Source: a virus (taxonomy: Duplodnaviria; Caudoviricetes). From it: a DNA stretch of 58,770 nucleotides. This document shows positions 47,801 to 52,589 of the stretch, piece after piece; within the stretch, counting starts at the first letter, position 1; every line of letters starts with the position of its first letter. The stretch covers positions 1 through 58,770 of IMG/VR virus record IMGVR_UViG_3300020283_000003. One strand, written 5' to 3'. Under the pieces are notes generated by a model, which searched no databases, had not been told where the DNA came from, and saw only the letters and a program-made list of their open reading frames with translations. The position numbers and the translations under genes are program-made.

Positions 47801-48163
47801 AAAACCTCTAATACAACCCTTAATAGTGTTACCATCTAGTTCAGTATATGTGAGGATCTCATCATTAATCTTTATTAAACCATATTCATCAGGCAATCCC
47901 TCAGAACTAGACAATACAATCTCACTAGATGTTGCTGTACATTCTCTCTCTAAAATAATGTCTGGATTGATTACATTATCAATCAGATTGTCTAATTTAA
48001 TATATTGATCTAAATTTTCCGCAAGGTCAATCGAACCACCTTGAAATTCTTGAGAAATGTAGTACTGTCTTAGAAAATCGGCGAATTTTGGGTTATCTTC
48101 TAATACAAATCTAGGAAGTTGGCTCTCAATAACGTCCTTGATTTTAACTCTCTTGTTTATCAT
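26801..48163 (-). CDS. gp7: giant (7120 aa) baseplate wedge initiator-like protein with large repeat insertions
   Basis: N-terminal IESQLPRFV...F..FL.QYY; FYKTKGTRESFRILF; IQDNNYYQNLSY...VHPTG; YHYH-like SPIIGWAYDGNPIFGP region; between gp6 and gp8. Confidence 0.85.
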   Translation of the reverse strand: MINKRVKIKDVIESQLPRFVLEDNPKFADFLRQYYISQEFQGGSIDLAENLDQYIKLDNLIDNVINPDIILERECTATSSEIVLSSSEGLPDEYGLIKINDEILTYTELDGNTIKGCIRGFSGISKYRDENNPEELVFESTDASAHTSGVLVFDTTGYAAADYYYQSATITKMFGIIRVRARGTSGRSTPTTFRLGITNIDNDFYQLSNANRDVNTNDLTNLGIDSLGLNQTIVIDEGDTIEFIVNAQGFPVWIQNIGNGYDTTAVLTTGVTNGGASTTTAVQNLSVEFLKEYYIKLKELYAPGFEDRTLNSGINVGNFLKNVNSFYKTKGTRESFRILFNVLYGKKVQVVDLEDFVVKSSTSDYLRRAIVVVSAISGNPLLLTGQTLYQDADPTNPDVQPASGPISEVEIFTRQGEEFYKIPLFVGYNEQSLVSGSFFVPGFTKNTLLASANTRVINVDSTVGFSRSGSFYIDSLGITVTYTDKNLTQFLGCSGLTSDLPVGSEVRSTVIAYGYEEGDSTRKVEMRITGVLGEFEAQGSNYYLDVGNEIYIKSIGENIAPPADPLTLPTYKQRIFNSWIYNIATRYEVSEITGSTVSISDKFDKSNLRTGDSVDILARGTNTITTTAVVTVIDNNTVQLSNTTGITTDRNWDIRRVISRATSSNNLIEFGNQTIISNIQNAYVTKDKVNESMYVATQGLPSFSFSVDRVFVDFNGQDVGIGQIDQLVSFQTNLPFVTGDEIVYEALSGSTVLEGLESGKRYFIWVNPAANNQLKLANARSFIEVSKFIDLKQGTGTHRLTLASQYGKQIQPQKILRQFPLKPSVSSGLAQTTTYGPTGMLINGIEILNYKSNDYLYYGPLQSVELVSGGTDYDVINPPKIEVSNPGAGGTVAVINPVLSGSLKSLYLENRESYDIDQVFGINIEGGNGEGASGEITLSQDYTEANFNAKNILANGGVDIPGNTLTFVGAHNFKTGQKIVYNSNGNQPLGVALTLGSDDITQYDPESTLQNGVTYFANVINTTTIKLHETEDDANAGVATVGITTFNTLGIHKFRSFDFKNKIQNISVVTEGSDYTKRTYEIKTTGISTGTNCFIVKNHGFQNNEDVIYQATNSIPELTTDTNYRIIRISADEFRLALSETDVTRGRYIFLSDVGSGIHTVKYPDITANIVASIGGTTVSIPCEPDVRGEIIGAYLSEPGSDYGSKVLNFEKPPLITVSSGSGAQFQPLISNGIITQVQIIGAGSNYTSAPDLTVVGPTGSGAQLKAKLNASGKVATVEVISGGIGYDAEDTAIVVRSVGQSGIIESTVRPLTVNLHEKYSTDDFLNAETQYPIQYASLAYSQDLQTDFGDTLAQRSPIIGWAYDGNPIFGPFATRDPKQNTGITTYVRSGYQLASHLVPNRPDPGEYPAGFFVEDYKFMGTGDLDVHNGRWFVSDDFPDGIYGYVATLEIDPGTGLPRASFPYYIGDTYIAPKASQSISQDDDINALDLSRNTYPYRLKSNSASYDFVIEADELVGQEGVIDSVLTGGVEQLEIVEGGDLYKVGDVLEFDEEGTGGNGVSAQVSFVKGKSVTDLQSTNVQFDEVTFQKTADSEITGIIQPNHDFNNGEVIEIFNTNTDVKGLQGFHVVGVASERAILLDPVKAGAVGVITDLIVSRIPQNVSGGSSIKFSDGEVAKVLNVIESKNLLRIERTGIASFSASGTISYLQDRFTIDSDAPQFVSEFFPKKFFNPKQTVGVGTTVGNYETLNYTENNIAQTRVVEHKSIFLNKHPFLDGQKALFVKKSGQLSLGVATAIGVGTTATLVTDSLPRSGVEQEVYIVYKSINTIGIKTEKNGAELFFTSDGSNDDGYFVQGIGTAVRGSVLQPTTTVTTTQAHGLQVGDTINFNVIANQEVGIGTSSRVRLELNSEGLVIVDSQGISSAGVNTSTNRISIQGNNFKTGDRIYYEPKCPEPIGGLSRGRYYIYRDSPNNFRLCETYEDAVADVPVIVPLTSIGGTDHNFGLINPKIEIPSRSTAVFDLQNYELNGYDFKIYYDQGFNSEFVGTGQSTFAEVGDVLDAEDRVISIGNTYARLDVNNNIFCPKILYYNITKDGKPLIPDSDVKENNTIKYVNSAYTGNFAITGIGSSAVGVGTTTFSFAIAKTPEQVSYAATEGRRFYSTAAIGPEGPIDKINLLSNGEFYTKLPRFLGVESVKGDNSTIKPKSTKIGQINSIQLVNEGFNYSSDSTLRPIVDVPTVTTIRDFNTVGNISILSNGKNYISAPKLELVDRFVGTKVDGANIVARINENSGSIVDTEIAANPVGLQNREYRLYSVNNTNGIVITKSEANPTRSGIVTFTISTPVLGFSAPPFKVNDEVWIEGFEKDAGADGYNSANHQYNFLKVTNVVTTNPFSFTVDYSDYTFNVGLGVSDTQNFSRVIPKDELPTFRVDLKQASFDKNEKLIVNSEESDLQVISFDATAENIKFVGTSPIVPDDIIIGAKSGSQAKVVEILRFDGVYSVEAETDKTIEGTSDSGKLNSSGQVIQDNNYYQNLSYTLKTEVSYEECIDAVNNSVHPTGLKNFVDNQLVTVGKNAGIQTSTTATDATVDLVEEVRVDDQYYFDIGRDVNIATRSEVELSNEIELENAKLSDYFESITNRVLNIDDISSQFSNISNPNTLDLFENIYRYPFNFISNRFLVQITSEDRRDFQVSEITILQDGTNTYYSEPTFKKLHSTPQEIGTLEGSVDVDNSQVRLRFYPADPFDKNYDIKVLNQFYNTEPTLTGIGTTAFGFAVLMGSDAEIGPNTSKSFVSVAATNFDYLHSQVEVETVSAGQKETMFVELKAIHDGNDSYMSEYNIILSDGSFGGTNAGAFGTFGSTYDPSGNNFSIEFYNARPGEFVNLKARTLGFGNTVGTTNRDYRFLATGMIPDNERSAQYYTEYQSVGVGSTANFAGIKSDIQSVNQCTMVVGYGRTFSAFQYMFLNDQLGDSLYFSEYPVLSVGNTTGLGTVFAKYDGEKAVLVFTPEAGITDKMSMRTFNEVLYLELERNTVNPLEYGAVVEETFNTTYTGLNFRNIFEFPMLWNGYPIFSKTFNPANTSALNLATGKFRIKNHFFATGQELKYIPGGTFVGVVTAPMTLANGDPLPSPVYAIKDNEDEFRIGLTTAAAIAGIGTTLGSVGAGNLHEFDTTGKLSRSLIAIDGLVQKPLTWAPITRTLENNTTLSGGGVLGLGKTSTFMAISGISSVILGDIFEINDEFVLVEAVGVGTTNTEIDTAGIGTFNLCKIQRGSVGTAASFHPNGSIIQKYTGSYSFARNNIFFTGAPNGGKSSDEASTTGIPEAGSSFNGRVYLRKNYDSNKIFDDISGQFTGVAKTFALQSEGKNITGIGSEGGFGIFFVNNMFQKPQTPNNFNANLFIREQGGATDLTFTGILNESGDPIVSATDINQNGLPRGGVVVTLGSSEGRGFANLGNPSIGASINHAGEVYKVLTAPTTQGMSSITNYVYDHTIGLSTVTTSTAHGLEAGDSIDFVGIGFTCVPTKSGITTGVFPYTRGLKKTVVDFLYDNKTGMATVTTLERFGILEEGEEVFFNGIGFTCIGQKYAQISQKAGITTTLFPCRAGIAKTISAFNYDNTSGLGTITLATPHRYEEGDRIYIEDLNLKCGYGVNITDALYDAPTGLTTITTASAHNFSKGDKVRLQGLEFSCAGYGITFAISAFEYNNSTGITTITTPSPHGAKPGEQIKLTGLGFTCPKVNVGTPIGFTYEPSTGLSTVTFASNHGLTNGDKISIGASSIVFTCTLDGGATTHPYPRATDFAYNKYLPISGVTTNSFQVNVGTGGTGTFPHTFVSATTNAIKTLNYLGVTTSIFPDGTQGSQFRVTKVLSPTKILTNVGITSIPHVYDAGGEIQVGVTSHIYPTGKYGFEFIVSSTPTKNKFRVNVGPSTIAHTYVSGGNALLGLSTTIYPSAASGIGHSITDFIYDNTTGLSTVTVARNSLPFGLGDRINFAGLGFTCPSGFAGLTSTIFPQSLGRKYNIGTVYYDNSTGLATVTTTAAHDFKVTDSLDLQNLLFNCSSAYAGVTTHRFPDPATEPNRSFRVLRIVDPNTIWVDVGVSTIVHTYNLGRHTWVGGTASAAVQSGGNYVHTFLSAVTNGVQSDVGNLPNPITNVAYTPNTGNMVITSANHLLTTSNTLTIADNALSFTCTMDGNTATKTYPRSTDPVSGQIISITGTTTNTITVNVGASPIVNHDVTDATYDSDTGVLVLTIGAHSLTAGTSVKIANGALSFTCEDDGNVSTKTYPRASDPYYDTAINIDSVGADTITLNVGINTRGTVSAIKKTGPYEVTRLLPPRPYDVTNAIYDPVVGIMTVTIGNGHGISVGETVDIGTNALTFTCDMDSTGSQKTYPRNLIKSFTPTNAIYDPVVGVTTITVADHGMDDGSWVKLADNALSFRCGYGVTDHTFVSATTGAVNVQSGAVSGTELTPANATYNATTGALTLVFLSSHGMSTSDTVTLDYNSLTFTCAADYHATTHTYPRVTDPIAGITTAVTVTSGTEFIIYVGDALGSKSTKSYPRSSDPISGQWVQVSNTTANTFEIQALSDNSVPSTNVDSHTFISAVTDGITHKVDRSFEQPVEVVGVGNTTIDLQVGRSPQQLFNVTGAAYEPSTGVLELTIGAHNFVIGQHIKLATDSLSFRCALDGYSVTKTYPRASGTGINAGTPDYAYEKSLEISAVSSTTITINVNGAVGLSSISDLSAHTFISATAGAVIAGGNYAHTFVGVATGAITKGGPRFNCNVGITSYKHTYTPSIGVGEVSKLNFGGVDDTYIITGIVNKKAFNIDCGISTYQHFYNGGGITKKKLRTDAFIVDTVYDDRTFRTNVGVSSYRHVYDPKPSKEPGGISSITGMTYNTTTGIATFTVPSHGIKGGELISISGLALTCPGGTGITTHIFPDPNGLSRDISTATYNNFTGIMTVTTNVGHGVTFVGQFVKLENLGFACTGGAGGSHTFVSAATSAVQTGGNYAHTFVPQYGLTPDTALYDPVTGIMTVTNQQLTVSDAIYDPVSGEMTLTVGVHRLTNYDSVRLDTESISFSCVFEGKLETKAYPRASGDYVNGKDLPIIRYTSDTITVNVNGGKGAISHAVPHTFVSATSKGVKVNHGLRNGDYIKFDDYAITFTCNKDGNATTHPYPRPTDPLSGTFTQVTVVDENRFSVGVLTVTPSTDVSPHTFVTAQPGGIKKAVIESGGDHPHTFVGTATSAIQSGGDYTHTWAGGTASSAIQSGGNYLHTFVSAGINSVTSDVGNLPNPVTNAVYTPSTGDMVITSAAHLLTTSNTISITNDGLSFNCAMDGNSATKTYPRSTDPISGIATAITGTTTDTFTINVGASPIVNHDVTNATYNAATGVMELTIGAHTLTTGTSVKIANNGLSFTCTMDGNTSTKTYPRSTDPFYDTAVAIAATTSNTISLNVGISTIVNHDVSAATYDAATGVMVLNIGAHTLRTGTSVKIANGSLPFTCTMDGNTSTKNYPRSTDPFYDTAVGIASTTSDTITLNVGKSPILPFDVSSATYDPATGLMVANIGAHTLKTGTAVKINENSLLFTCSQDDNATVHAYPRSTTGSLTATTGTVYDPVVGIMTVTTPAAHGMKNGDLVKLEDGAVSFSCQYGVGSVHTWAGGTVTNAITITVGPVQTQHDVTNATYDPATGDMVITIGTHSFTTDDLVEIGADKFAFTCTADGNVKTKYYPRSTDPAYNTPLNITAVDGAGGTITVNVGATSGTVATAYPRSTDFISNRWVEISNVTTKTFDVQVLDVIPSTNTDAHTFVSGKTNGITFKRAKDPYYNTSVAIAATTSDTISLNVGVSTTVNYNVSDASYDPNSGKMVLTIGSHDLDVGTSIKIADNSLTFTCDKDNNATQHSYPRTLIETKTVTDATYDPTTGMMVLTVPNHGFENGRQIKLADNSLSFTCTLDGNTSVKTYPRATDPVSGKWIKVENVTTNTFEVQTLATVPSTNVSVHTFVSATDEGLSHKRDPFYDNNINIEARTPNTITVNIGATPDLQQSTGLTGPTYFTDVPITGFNYTNTTGVTTITAVGHGLTTGENVKLSGIALTCTSGMKTYPDGGTGFFFGVTDVIDANTFVTNTGISTIVHTYVSGGNVRTGVTSDRFPNPQGAFIKIANFEYNNMTGLATVTTNGFNQLGTGQLINFENIHMLCPIGSGTTHVFPQDTGTAVNISNFQYDNQSGIATVTTATNHNFVRFKKVRLQGMTVSCAYGSKTYPDKQTDFELTTIVNSTTFVTNVGVSTLAHTYVSGGTAAEVKFAGPYTVKERIDRNTFTVNVGVSTYVHTYDHSGRVSPVRYTGPYEVLAIANSKEYTINVGRSPIAHTYTGGGTSKPQQYTGPYKVISADDANTIRVRVGISTYQHFYGSGGMVTQLRSGIAEKKLNPGPFRVKEVYSATEFTADVGICTFKHFYHSGGKVGKVNQFFPGSGFYGNSVPVTVVPENNVGTGLTITTTVGFGGSLVPSLDYVGTGFTIAPRLETPGPSYDDLPVRGLFRLGIGETTQTGIGLSVTLNVGGISTSGVASESSGVKNFTIGNRGYGFQVNDKVSPVGLVTAAKVLAGSKTVGYTTETEPFELQVVDTFSDTFYGWQFGQLDYIDDITSLQDGVTKRFPLFQNEQLVSFEKQDGTPISFPSLLIIFINGVLQIPEKDYSFEGGTAFEFTSAPAEADQVTIYFYRGSNDDVNTVNVVESIKIGDELILIKPVGVSTVPDQEPRVVNDIVASDILATNLYSRQGIDGNFKRPVVWRKQKVDRTVDGRIIPKTREALEPQIYPTARIIGSASSTQDYLFLDNTSLFNYENVSPSTNFDGIITPGTDPVVGILSVGVGTTGASAGTISTITVLNGGSGYTGIVTISISNPPDITVGFGTTALATAIISGGSIIGANITNAGSGYGTSAFALVPNPVVEIESITITPTVNGYDGDIIGITTSTGIGTDLCLKFTLTLPSSPSDTLRDGMRIFINDTNVGTGVTSIDTHNSQVIGIGTTACNNIYKVHQVQYDAGNGIITTFCNIDSNSNTSGLSTVGFAYTNVGTYSWGIVTGFSRGSNPIALNVDGNTFSVGLGSYPLFQRRGFGLRGTGGITK
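28785..37726 (-). repeat. intragenic nested repeat region of gp7 (~85-100-aa beta modules)
   Basis: Recurrent YD..TG..T.T...H...G...L...FTC, TYPR.TDP, VNVG.S...HT[FY] motifs. Confidence 0.85.
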
Positions 48164-48165
48164 TT

Positions 48166-50058
48166 CTATCTGGTGAGTGATCCGTTAGTGTAGCTAGAAG
48201 AAGTTGGATATGATACTCCAGAAATCTGATCTCCTGAACTAATCGTATCTTTAATCATATTTATCGTACTTTTTGACAAGTCAACATTGAGGTACAAATC
48301 TTTTAATCCTATGACATCATTGGACTCTGGAGTTGCCTGTATTTCAATAATATTTTGACTTAAAGCAGTTCCAGTGATGAAAATTGAGTTAATAAGGATT
48401 TCTCCGTGCATATAATCAACTGTACCTGCATTACCGTCTATAGTAACAACTTCACCATTACTATCTACGCTAACAATAGTTAATCTTCCTGAAGTTGTAC
48501 TACCATCTGGTTCATCACTAAAGTAAACAGGTGCACTTTCTCCTCTGATAGTAAAAGCAGTAGATTTAATGTTCCTACCTTCTAAATTAACGTGGAATTG
48601 GTTACCATAACATAATTCATATTGACTCGTAACGTTAATTTCTGCACGAAGGTCTCTTCTCATTTGGATTCTTGTGATATTTGAAGTAATCGATCTATCA
48701 GAATCATCGACAATATTAACGAACTTACTATACTTGAATCTTCCACCGAATTTATTGAGATCTAAGGAATTAGCATACTTTTGAATAGAGTTACTGACTC
48801 TTGTTTGAAGAGTAGATACATCATTGAATATATTACTGTTGTAATATACAAAACAATCATATTCAACTGTTAATATTTGTAGATCAACTAACTGTTGGTT
48901 AATTCCTGCAAGAGCAAATTTCTTTAACTCAGTTGAAATTTGCTGTTTAGTAAAGTCAGAAATAAAGTTAGCATTTCTTGGTTTAATACTAATTATAACA
49001 TTTCCAAATTGTGGTGGGTCTAATTCTTCACCACCAACTACTGAAACACTCTCAGTATCAGGGTAAATTTGTTGAATTATTGCTTCATAATCAGTCGCAG
49101 AAACCGCCCTGTACTGCGATGAATATAACCTAGGAGCATAATACTTAACTGAGTTAATAGATTCGATCTCATCACCATTCTGAGCGGGTTGAATGGTAGT
49201 TAGAGTGATAGTTAGGTTGCTCTGATTCACACTTACATTCAAACCATCATAAAAATCTCCACCAAATGAGAAATTACGAGCACCATTTCCTTCTCTACCC
49301 TCAGTTACAATATAATCGACCCTAACATCAGTATTTGGATCTAATTTCTTACCAAAGAATCCATCACCAAAGAGAATTTCATATTTTTCATCTTCAATCT
49401 CCTGAAGTAGGAACACTTCAGAGTCTTTAGTAATTTTAACGATATTATCAACTAATCTATACCTTCTACCATCTCCAATCTCACCAGGTCTAAAAACAAT
49501 GCTTCTAATAGTCGATGTATCAATGAATGGATTATCTAAAATGAACTTTTGCTCACTATGACCACTAACTGTAAATGCTTTTGATAATAATGTTCCTTCA
49601 TATACCTCAAATTGCCCAAAATCAGCAACTCCATTCACAACTGCCACTGTTCTATCCTCTGGGATGGCAAAAGCATAGGTTGTTCCAGAAGAATCACCAG
49701 TACAAACTAAACCTTTCCTTAAAGTCAGTGTATTTCCGTTAATAACACCAGTTGAATCAGTAACACTAAGACTTACAGTACCTTTTGCAGCAGTTCTTGA
49801 CCTAGGAACATAACCAATATTTCTAGCAAGCGAAACAACGTTCTCTCTAAGAGTTGCAGAGTCAATAAATGACTCATTAACGACCATATTGGTGTTAAAT
49901 GCAGTCTGATACGTATTATATGCTAATGTATCGATAAGAACCGACATATTTGACCCTTCATAGTCAAAACCAGTAAAGTCGGTATTCGCTCTTAGGTAGT
50001 CTTTAATCGAGGATTTGATATCCTCATAGTCTAAATTTGTAAACTTGTTAGATGGCAT
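48166..50058 (-). CDS. gp6: baseplate wedge subunit
   Basis: LDYEDIK, FDYEGSNMSVLID.LAYNT, SATLRENVVSLARNIGY.P, QYRAVSATDYE. Confidence 0.96.
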   Translation of the reverse strand: MPSNKFTNLDYEDIKSSIKDYLRANTDFTGFDYEGSNMSVLIDTLAYNTYQTAFNTNMVVNESFIDSATLRENVVSLARNIGYVPRSRTAAKGTVSLSVTDSTGVINGNTLTLRKGLVCTGDSSGTTYAFAIPEDRTVAVVNGVADFGQFEVYEGTLLSKAFTVSGHSEQKFILDNPFIDTSTIRSIVFRPGEIGDGRRYRLVDNIVKITKDSEVFLLQEIEDEKYEILFGDGFFGKKLDPNTDVRVDYIVTEGREGNGARNFSFGGDFYDGLNVSVNQSNLTITLTTIQPAQNGDEIESINSVKYYAPRLYSSQYRAVSATDYEAIIQQIYPDTESVSVVGGEELDPPQFGNVIISIKPRNANFISDFTKQQISTELKKFALAGINQQLVDLQILTVEYDCFVYYNSNIFNDVSTLQTRVSNSIQKYANSLDLNKFGGRFKYSKFVNIVDDSDRSITSNITRIQMRRDLRAEINVTSQYELCYGNQFHVNLEGRNIKSTAFTIRGESAPVYFSDEPDGSTTSGRLTIVSVDSNGEVVTIDGNAGTVDYMHGEILINSIFITGTALSQNIIEIQATPESNDVIGLKDLYLNVDLSKSTINMIKDTISSGDQISGVSYPTSSSYTNGSLTR

Positions 50059-50465
50059 TATCTTGTCGCCTCTAGGATGAAGGAAATTGCTTGTGTTGCG
50101 GATAAATCACCAATAATATCATAAAATATAGTTACTCCAAATGCATTTTGCTCAGGTCTTGACTCAACTTCTACACTTACATTACTAACTCTAGTTTCAT
50201 ATAACTGAATTGTGTTTTTAATTGTATCAGCGACTACAGAAGCAGTTGCATCATCAATTAAATTGAATAAAGTGTCTCTTATTGGCGATCCAAATTGTGC
50301 ATTAAAAAATTTTTCACCAGGAAGTGTAAAAACACAATTCTTAATTGATGTTTTTATTGCATCTTCATTCTTAACTACAGTCAAATCATTGGTTACTGGG
50401 TGTGGTGTAAACGAAAAACTGATATCTTTGAATGATTTTGAAGTAATCCTATTAGAAATAGGCAT
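50058..50465 (-). CDS. gp25: baseplate wedge subunit
   Basis: FKDISFSF..HPVTNDL...KNEDAIK.SIKN...T.PGEKFFN..FGS. Confidence 0.92.
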   Translation of the reverse strand: MPISNRITSKSFKDISFSFTPHPVTNDLTVVKNEDAIKTSIKNCVFTLPGEKFFNAQFGSPIRDTLFNLIDDATASVVADTIKNTIQLYETRVSNVSVEVESRPEQNAFGVTIFYDIIGDLSATQAISFILEATR

Positions 50466-50484
50466 GTTTTGGAGGCTTTAAATT

Positions 50485-50492
50485 TATTTATA
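50485..50492 (-). promoter_or_regulatory. T4-type late promoter TATAAATA
   Basis: Exact consensus upstream of gp25. Confidence 0.75.
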
Positions 50493-50522
50493 CGTATAAT
50501 TCACAACTTTTTATCAAAACAT

Positions 50523-50547
50523 AAAAAAAGAGGGTTTTTACCCTCTT
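50523..50547 (-). terminator. rho-independent terminator
   Basis: AAGAGGGT-AAAA-ACCCTCTT followed by a T run. Confidence 0.8.
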
Positions 50548-50659
50548 ATCCTTGACCTCTAGGACGTTTTTTCTTGTGATTTCGAGCAGTTGCAGCATAC
50601 TTTGTATGTCTACCTGCCCCTTGTCTTGTTTTTTTCGGTCTTCTTTCAATAGTTTTCAT
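50546..50659 (-). CDS. 37-aa highly basic peptide (MKTIERRPKKTRQGAGRHTKYAATARNHKKKRPRGQG)
   Basis: Translated by hand; ATGA overlap with the upstream ORF; followed by a terminator. Confidence 0.65.
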   Translation of the reverse strand: MKTIERRPKKTRQGAGRHTKYAATARNHKKKRPRGQG

Positions 50660-50826
50660 GAATTTACCTCTACTTTAATGTCTTTTGATGCTGGATGTCC
50701 CTTTTCGTAGTACTGATGGGCAAGATCTTCGAGAGTCTCGAACATTTCTTCCTCTGAAAGATCCTTCCATGCCACTACACCCTTGATTGAAATGTTATAT
50801 GTTTCAGATAACTCTTGTTTTTTCAT
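50656..50826 (-). CDS. 56-aa hypothetical protein
   Basis: Translated by hand: MKKQELSETYNISIKGVVAWKDLSEEEMFETLEDLAHQYYEKGHPASKDIKVEVNS. Confidence 0.6.
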   Translation of the reverse strand: MKKQELSETYNISIKGVVAWKDLSEEEMFETLEDLAHQYYEKGHPASKDIKVEVNS

Positions 50827-51568
50827 GTCCTACACGTATATTTGGGTCACACCAGATCTCAAAACCTGCTGCAATCGCATCTAAACAGAAAGAAACGTCT
50901 TCTCCGCACATATCTTGTACCTCTCCTGACTCAAATTCTTGCATTTTTGGAGCAAACCAAGGATATTTCATTTCTGGGTGTTCAAAAACTCCTTTTTTGA
51001 TGAGTACCCACCCAAATCCTGTGTAATCCACCGTGAAGGGCTTACGGCGCTTTTGCATACTTTCACCAGTTTCATGATTCATGACACCTCCATTGGTACG
51101 GAAGTCTTGCTCCTCCAACCAGTGAGCGACAGAAGTTGTGCGTCCATCTTCGGTCATGTACCAACCTGCAGCAATATCCTTCTCCATAAGGATTAACTGT
51201 AAGAATTGTGCAGAGTTAAAGATAATATCACTATCAATCCACAGTTGATAATCGTACTTGAGTTTACCGTCCCATGGGATTTGGTTAGGACCACGTAGGA
51301 CATTTGCACCTAATACCTTACAACGTGCAAAGTTGACCATTGATGAGTAATCCTGAGAGATTTGGATACTCACACCCATTTGTACCAGATCAAAACATAG
51401 TTGAACAAAGTTCTTCATGAATGCATATGAACAACCACGACCAGGTAGGCACAGTACAACTGCCTTACCTTTTGCTATTTCCTTTGCTTTTTCGTAGTCG
51501 TATTCTATTTCTTTTTTCTTTCCTCCCTTAGTCGGAGTCTTTGCCTTTACAGTAAATCCTTTAGCCAT
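50804..51568 (-). CDS. glycosyltransferase-like (GT-A fold) protein
   Basis: DxD motif in YQLWIDSDIIF; TGFGWVLIKKGVFE; GEDVSFC; RVGH. Confidence 0.7.
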   Translation of the reverse strand: MAKGFTVKAKTPTKGGKKKEIEYDYEKAKEIAKGKAVVLCLPGRGCSYAFMKNFVQLCFDLVQMGVSIQISQDYSSMVNFARCKVLGANVLRGPNQIPWDGKLKYDYQLWIDSDIIFNSAQFLQLILMEKDIAAGWYMTEDGRTTSVAHWLEEQDFRTNGGVMNHETGESMQKRRKPFTVDYTGFGWVLIKKGVFEHPEMKYPWFAPKMQEFESGEVQDMCGEDVSFCLDAIAAGFEIWCDPNIRVGHEKTRVI

Positions 51569-51590
51569 AATTTGTTTGGGTTACATCAGT

Positions 51591-51619
51591 ATCATACTAT
51601 AGTATGTAGTCATTGTCAA
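51591..51619 (-). promoter_or_regulatory. sigma70-like promoter TTGACA-N17-TATGAT
   Basis: -35 at 51614-51619 and -10 at 51591-51596, upstream of the GT-like gene. Confidence 0.7.
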
Positions 51620-51795
51620 TAAGAGGATTCTTCAATACACATATCCCCCACACATTCTGTGTACGTTAGTTCTTCTTTGAAATATGAGTGATAAATTCTT
51701 CCCCATATTATATCAAATTCTTCTTTATTTAAGTTCTTGAATAAACATTTGTCATTCAAGTAAATGTGAAACGTTACGCTAGTTGTCGAAGTCAT
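51616..51795 (-). CDS. 59-aa hypothetical protein
   Basis: Translated by hand: MTSTTSVTFHIYLNDKCLFKNLNKEEFDIIWGRIY...EESSY; GAGGAGG upstream. Confidence 0.6.
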   Translation of the reverse strand: MTSTTSVTFHIYLNDKCLFKNLNKEEFDIIWGRIYHSYFKEELTYTECVGDMCIEESSY

Positions 51796-51946
51796 AAACC
51801 TCCTCTACTTTAATGTCCTCAAAGGTGTACTTGGTATCAAGTAAATTATTATCGATAATTGTTTTAAGCATTGTAAGTGTATTATCCTTTTCCTCTTTTG
51901 AAAGACGTTCGTAAAATGTCTTTTCCTTAATAACAATATTATACAT
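51779..51946 (-). CDS. 55-aa hypothetical protein
   Basis: Translated by hand: MYNIVIKEKTFYERLSKEEKDNTL...DIKVEEVYDFDN; TAATG coupling to the upstream ORF. Confidence 0.55.
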   Translation of the reverse strand: MYNIVIKEKTFYERLSKEEKDNTLTMLKTIIDNNLLDTKYTFEDIKVEEVYDFDN

Positions 51947-52125
51947 TAGAAATCCTCTTCTTCATCGATAAATTTACAAGATAGTTCAACTTCTGATTTC
52001 AATTCCCATTCTACCACATCTCCTTCTTCCCATGTGAGATCCTTAAGGATTTCTTCTGGAATTGTAACAAAGAGATCTCCTGTGAGATCATCTTGTTGAA
52101 TCACTGCTTTACGAATGTGCTTCAT
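51946..52125 (-). CDS. AbrB/MazE/SpoVT-like DNA-binding protein (59 aa)
   Basis: Translated by hand: ...TGDLFVTIPEEILKDLTWEEGDVVEWE..., the swapped-hairpin pattern. Confidence 0.7.
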   Translation of the reverse strand: MKHIRKAVIQQDDLTGDLFVTIPEEILKDLTWEEGDVVEWELKSEVELSCKFIDEEEDF

Positions 52126-52472
52126 TGCTTCTGTAATTTCTCCACAACTGTTGATGCTTGCATAGGTGCAACATCATTTAATCCATTAGCATCAAACCAA
52201 GGTGCACTTTCCCAATCGAATCCTTCTCCGAATGTGTTATCAGGTGCCATCACATACCAATGACATTTTGCATCAGGTATATCAACGGCACATACTGCCC
52301 AGTCATCTGCCCATTGAGGTACTTGAACGTACATCACAGGTAAGTGATTTGCATGAGTGATTGTCGGAAATACAGTTAAGACTATCATGAATACAAACAC
52401 CCAGAAAATCTGAGGTATATATCTGACACTCATTGGTCTCTTGTATACTTCCATTACGTCGTGGTAGTTCAT
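52122..52472 (-). CDS. hypothetical protein with N-terminal hydrophobic or signal segment
   Basis: FWVFVFMIVLTVFPTITHA followed by a Trp/Asp-rich domain. Confidence 0.65.
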   Translation of the reverse strand: MNYHDVMEVYKRPMSVRYIPQIFWVFVFMIVLTVFPTITHANHLPVMYVQVPQWADDWAVCAVDIPDAKCHWYVMAPDNTFGEGFDWESAPWFDANGLNDVAPMQASTVVEKLQKQ

Positions 52473-52589
52473 TTGTATCGACCCTCTATGAGTTTATATA
52501 TGGCGGAAAATTTTTTCATTTGAAGTATATTTAAAGGTCGAATTGTCACCTCTGTAGGTTAGGGGTACCTAACGGTTTTCAAACCATAA

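Noticed and set aside
26801-48163. Intein, intron or fused-assembly explanation for the 7120-aa length
   Set aside because: No intein or LAGLIDADG motifs seen; the frame is continuous and the nested repeats are internally consistent
328-51196. Numerous short antisense or alternate-frame ORFs in the track within structural genes
   Set aside because: They lie within well-recognised genes, mostly lack ATG starts or RBS, and are typical shadow ORFs
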